A stretch of 54,931 nt of DNA, taken from contig JAAILG010000264.1 in assembly GCA_012026655.1 (NCBI GenBank), positions 62,001-116,931 of the forward strand, written 5' to 3'. How positions within the stretch are numbered: position 1 is the first letter of the stretch; each line of letters begins with the position of its first letter. The position numbers were made by a program, and so were the translations under genes. The notes below the pieces were generated by a model that did no database searches, was not told the DNA's origin, and saw only the letters and a program-made list of their open reading frames with translations. Below, in pieces: positions 51,217 through 54,931 of this stretch. The DNA is from Hydrolagus affinis. Taxonomy: Eukaryota.

Positions 51217-51524
51217 ACTAATTGCACGGATGCCAGTTGCACATGTAATAAACAATTTGAAGATCTGTGAGCCAGTATTGATATCCAATTTGTAACATTT
51301 TCTCCTGATTATCATTTTAGTATAATAAATGAGATGCAATTCACATTCTACAGTTCTTCCAAATTGATCCTATAAATATTCTATTAAAATGTGATACCGA
51401 AACGATCTTCTAATGCAAATGCCTACAAAATGTGGTGATTCATTCTAATGCCCTTTAACTACCAGGAAATAACTTTTACACCCAGGCTAATTATGAAGCA
51501 TTTATTAAAACGGCAACCAGGAGA

Positions 51525-51620
51525 TAATAATAATCACAATCTCTGCATCTGATGTAGCACCTTTCACATAAGGAGAATGACTGAAAGTGCTTCCCTGTAA
51601 AGCGTAGTGACTGTGTATTT
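51525..51620 (-). mobile_element. Decayed SINE/L2-type tail
   Basis: aatctctgcatctgatgtagcaccttt-cacat...aaagtgcttc...gtgactgtgtattt. Confidence 0.55.
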
Positions 51621-52559
51621 TTTTTTAACAGGAGAACATGAGGTACGATGTTTAATCTGCTAAATTTTGGGGATGAATAAGTCCAAACCTATTATCAAAC
51701 GAGGTTCCTATTTATTAGCCATGTCCAAACAAAGCAAAACCTTCATCGGAATATGAAATCTTTTGCACCTGAAAAGAATTGTTGAGTAATATGAACTCAT
51801 TGTTGCATTTGTAAATAAAAACTGGTCATTTCAATAAGTTTTCTAAATTAAACCTTCAATCCAAAATCCCATCTCTACTGAAAACACATTGCCAGCAGAG
51901 AACAGCTTATTCCATCGCTCTTGAGCATGAGTATGTGCACAATAATATAATTTATATTGCCTAAATGTTATTTTAGCCGCTTTACACCATTTCTCAAACT
52001 TCATGACCTTTAAAATTTCCCAAAGTTTTATTTCCCCCTTATTATTCTGAACAGATTTCATTACACATTTTAAATGTAAACAACTCTGAATAATGATGTG
52101 GACAGTTGTGTGATTGTTGCTCTGACATTTTGCGCATGAAGCCGAGATGGAAACCCAGTGCATTAATTTACCTCTCATCTTCAGTAACTGCGCTTCTGTA
52201 AAAAGTTTTACACTCAACTCACATAAATCATGTAGAAGAAAAATGAGAAAATCTGGTGCCGAACTCAGCTGCTTCCATTCTGCGAAATGAAATCCACTGA
52301 AATACCTATCAAAACTGCAATCATCAGTAGATAATATCGTCTTAGGTCTATCTGCACTTTCCGATTTAATTTCCTCCATGCCCTTGACATCCACAGATAC
52401 CATTAAGATTAAGCACATACAGTAACATAGCATTTTCCAGATTTTGATATATGAGGCCGAGGCGCTAAATGTAATATCATCATTTGAAAATTAATGCAAT
52501 ATTTCTTTTGTTATTTTTTGACTTGGAAAGCAGGATGAATACTTTGGTTTCTCTAAAGT

Positions 52560-52935
52560 AATTTCCCCATCAGAATGACATACAATTATGAATAGATATG
52601 CACCTGGTCAAGGGTCAGCTAAATTACTACATCATTAAATGAGGGAAGAGATCAAAACTGAGTACGGCACTGCTGCTGAAATTGTTATGCTGCCTGGTAC
52701 ATCAAATATGATGAAATCATTAGAGTAATAAGCGTGGAAATCTGTTTCCAGATTAACCCGTGGTTTCACGCTGCTTTTATCTAATGGGGCACTGTGGAAA
52801 TCTTGTCAGCTTTTCATCAGCCTCGATCAAATTACTGGAACCACGAACATATCATGGCTCCAAATGAGATCAGCATGCCTGATTGGCATTTTTATTTATA
52901 CAGCAGCAAAGGTTTAATTTTATGCCAATAACAGT
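52560..52935. promoter_or_regulatory. Candidate conserved non-coding enhancer
   Basis: Repeat-free block with an E-box cacctg overlapping a DR1-like tggtca-a-gggtca (52605-52617) and several homeodomain cores; inference only. Confidence 0.3.
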
Positions 52936-53370
52936 AGACAGACAGACAATTCATCCTTGGGACATCTTTATTTCGCAGCCAGTCTCCAGGCTGATTCTTC
53001 TATCTGCGGTAAAGTCACATTTAAGAAAGAACATATTTTTGAAAATATATTCCTTCCCCATTTTACAATGCTCAAACCATGAACAGGATGGGAAATGTGA
53101 TTCCCTTCTGCGATTCTGTGTGTGTTGCTGTGAACTGGTGGGCAGGGGGGTGCTATGAGAATGACGGCCATTGATTTTTGCTCCATCCTTCAAGGGAACC
53201 CTATTTACCACAATGCCAAAAACGCCTTGTATGACACCAGGGGCACATTGAGGGATAAATTGTGATTGCACTAAAACACTTCACTGCTAGGACTACTGGC
53301 ACCAATACTTTTAACCTTTCCAAAACCAGTATGTGTAACAAACTACACCTGTAAATTCTGGCATGTAAAA

Positions 53371-53440
53371 TCATTGAATGTTAGCAAAGGAGGTCATTCA
53401 GCCCATCATGTCCGTAGTAGCTCTGTGAAAGAGCTATTCA
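53371..53440 (-). mobile_element. CR1 tail fragment
   Basis: ggaggtcattcagcccatcatgtccgtagtagctctgtgaaagagcta resembles 49731-49780. Confidence 0.7.
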
Positions 53441-53442
53441 CA

Positions 53443-53644
53443 TGCCTAATAAATTCCGTCCCCAAAAAATAATAAAAATTGGTCATTTTCAATCCATGAC
53501 TGTTTGTGGGGACGCTGCTGTGCGCAATTGGCTGCCGCGTTTTGCCCACAAATATAGTCAATTCACTTTACAGTATATTCTGTGAAGTGCTTTGAGATGT
53601 CGATAAGATGTGAAAAGCGCTATATCAAAAAACACGCAAGGATT
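53443..53644 (+). mobile_element. SINE 3' two-thirds
   Basis: gcctaataa...ggtcattttcaatccatgactgtttgtgggg...gatgtcgataagatgtgaaaagcgctatatcaaa. Confidence 0.93.
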
Positions 53645-54760
53645 CAGTTAGATATACTCTCCAAATATGGTTTTCATATTGAAATGTCCCTCCAATTGAC
53701 ATTCAAAACCTATTGAAGATTCTACTTCAACCACTGTTGAAGAAGGACATGCTGAGACAACCAATAGATTGACAGCACCTCAATGAAATATCACCTTTCT
53801 CTGAATGCCAATGAAGTTTCCATTCTCTCACCAAACAAGACTTTACCAATACAGAATTCTCCTGGAATGCCAGTTCTAATGGCCAAAAGCTTGGCTGAAG
53901 GATACCTTTCCATTTTGAGGTTGGCTTAACAAAAATCCTCCGCTCAATGTGAAGTAAAGGTTCCACTGGCAAAAGTTATGAATTGAATGTGACAATTATT
54001 AGCTCTCATTATAGCCAAAGAGATGTTGCAGGTTACTTGATTGGCTCTTTAAATTGGTGCATTTAAATGCAATTATTTTTTTTCCGTAGGTTTTCGCAAA
54101 TTATCTTGCATTACTTGTGCATGCAGATAGAGCGTATGCAAGCAAGCCAGAATTAAGTTCAGAAGAGGAATGGGAATTTCCATAACAAAGGTTTAGTCCG
54201 GGAGTATATATTAAGATTGATAAAATAATTTGCATACCTTCTTCATTATTCTGTGTGCGGGAGGAGTTGCAGATATTTTTTAAAAAAGCTAACAGGCATC
54301 TGTTTTTAGTGTACTCAGCCAGCTGGAGGAAAAGAGGTGGAAGGACTCATTGCAAACTGGGATGGGGGACAAGCAATGGAATGGAGTGGGGGGTGGGGGG
54401 GGTGGAGGGAGTGAGGGAGGGGGAGGAGAATGTAGATGAAACGTGACAACATTTTCTAGCTAGTTGTGTATCTCAAAACAAGCTCAATACATCAATTAGT
54501 CAAATGCTTCACTCTCAACTAAGAGCTGGCAAATTGCAGTTCAAGAGCGAGCCGCCACCGAAATATGTAATTTGTCACATGAACGCTCTCTCCTCCCCTC
54601 TTTTCATCTCAGCATCCAAGTCCTTTCCTCACTTGATGGCTGGGTTGCGTTTGGTCAACTTTCCAGCGATGTTGCCCATTCACATGAGAGGAGTTGCAGT
54701 GAGAACACAGTCTCACTTCATTTGAACTGTCGCCCTTCGCTGCTAGGCAATCCATGGCAT

Positions 54761-54931
54761 AACAACAACAACAACAAATTACATTTATAGAGCGCCTTTC
54801 ACGTCGGGAGGACGTCCCAAGGCGCTGCACAGGGGGCGTGTGACCCGAGCTGGGGGGGGAGTGTTTGGGCGGGGGTGAAACACGAAGGGGAGGTCGAAAA
54901 ATTCGGGGTGGAACAAAAGGCACGGTCGAAG
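54761..54931 (-). mobile_element. L2 LINE 3' end (family b), runs off the window edge
   Basis: (aac)n aaattacatttatagagcgcctttcacgtcgggaggacgtcccaaggcgctgcaca followed by a GC-rich UTR; CpGs retained, suggesting a young copy. Confidence 0.88.

Noticed and set aside
51843-52433. 196-aa ORF as a protein-coding gene
   Set aside because: No recognisable domain, composition typical of AT-rich non-coding DNA, and no supporting exon structure; kept only as part of a finding.
468-53644. CRISPR-like array suggested by recurring ~30-60 bp repeats
   Set aside because: Repeats are dispersed, on both strands and irregularly spaced in a eukaryotic context; no cas genes.

Overview
AT-rich, eukaryotic (vertebrate-type) non-coding DNA with one 148-N assembly gap. 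I found no protein-coding exon, RNA gene, CRISPR array or operon that I can support, so the window reads as a large intron or gene desert. The recognisable content is transposable elements. There are about 22 copies or fragments of one tRNA-headed SINE whose 3' half resembles the DeuSINE/AmnSINE1/SacSINE1 3' region and ends in an L2-type tail. There are also several L2 and CR1 LINE 3' ends, many roughly 60-bp L2 tail stubs, an older Deu-core SINE, and a TA-flanked Tigger/pogo-like MITE. This repeat mix suggests a cartilaginous fish such as a chimaera; that is an inference and was not verified. Family names come from recalled consensus sequences, not database searches, and repeat boundaries are approximate. 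The most notable observations are: a 65-nt near-perfect hairpin beside a G-quadruplex-type tract; a 3' stem-loop showing compensatory changes across three retroelement tail families; a head-to-head CR1/L2 junction at the homologous WNSLP motif; fold-back rearranged SINE tails; and repeat-free, motif-dense blocks that may be conserved enhancers. I see no evidence for a new multi-gene system.
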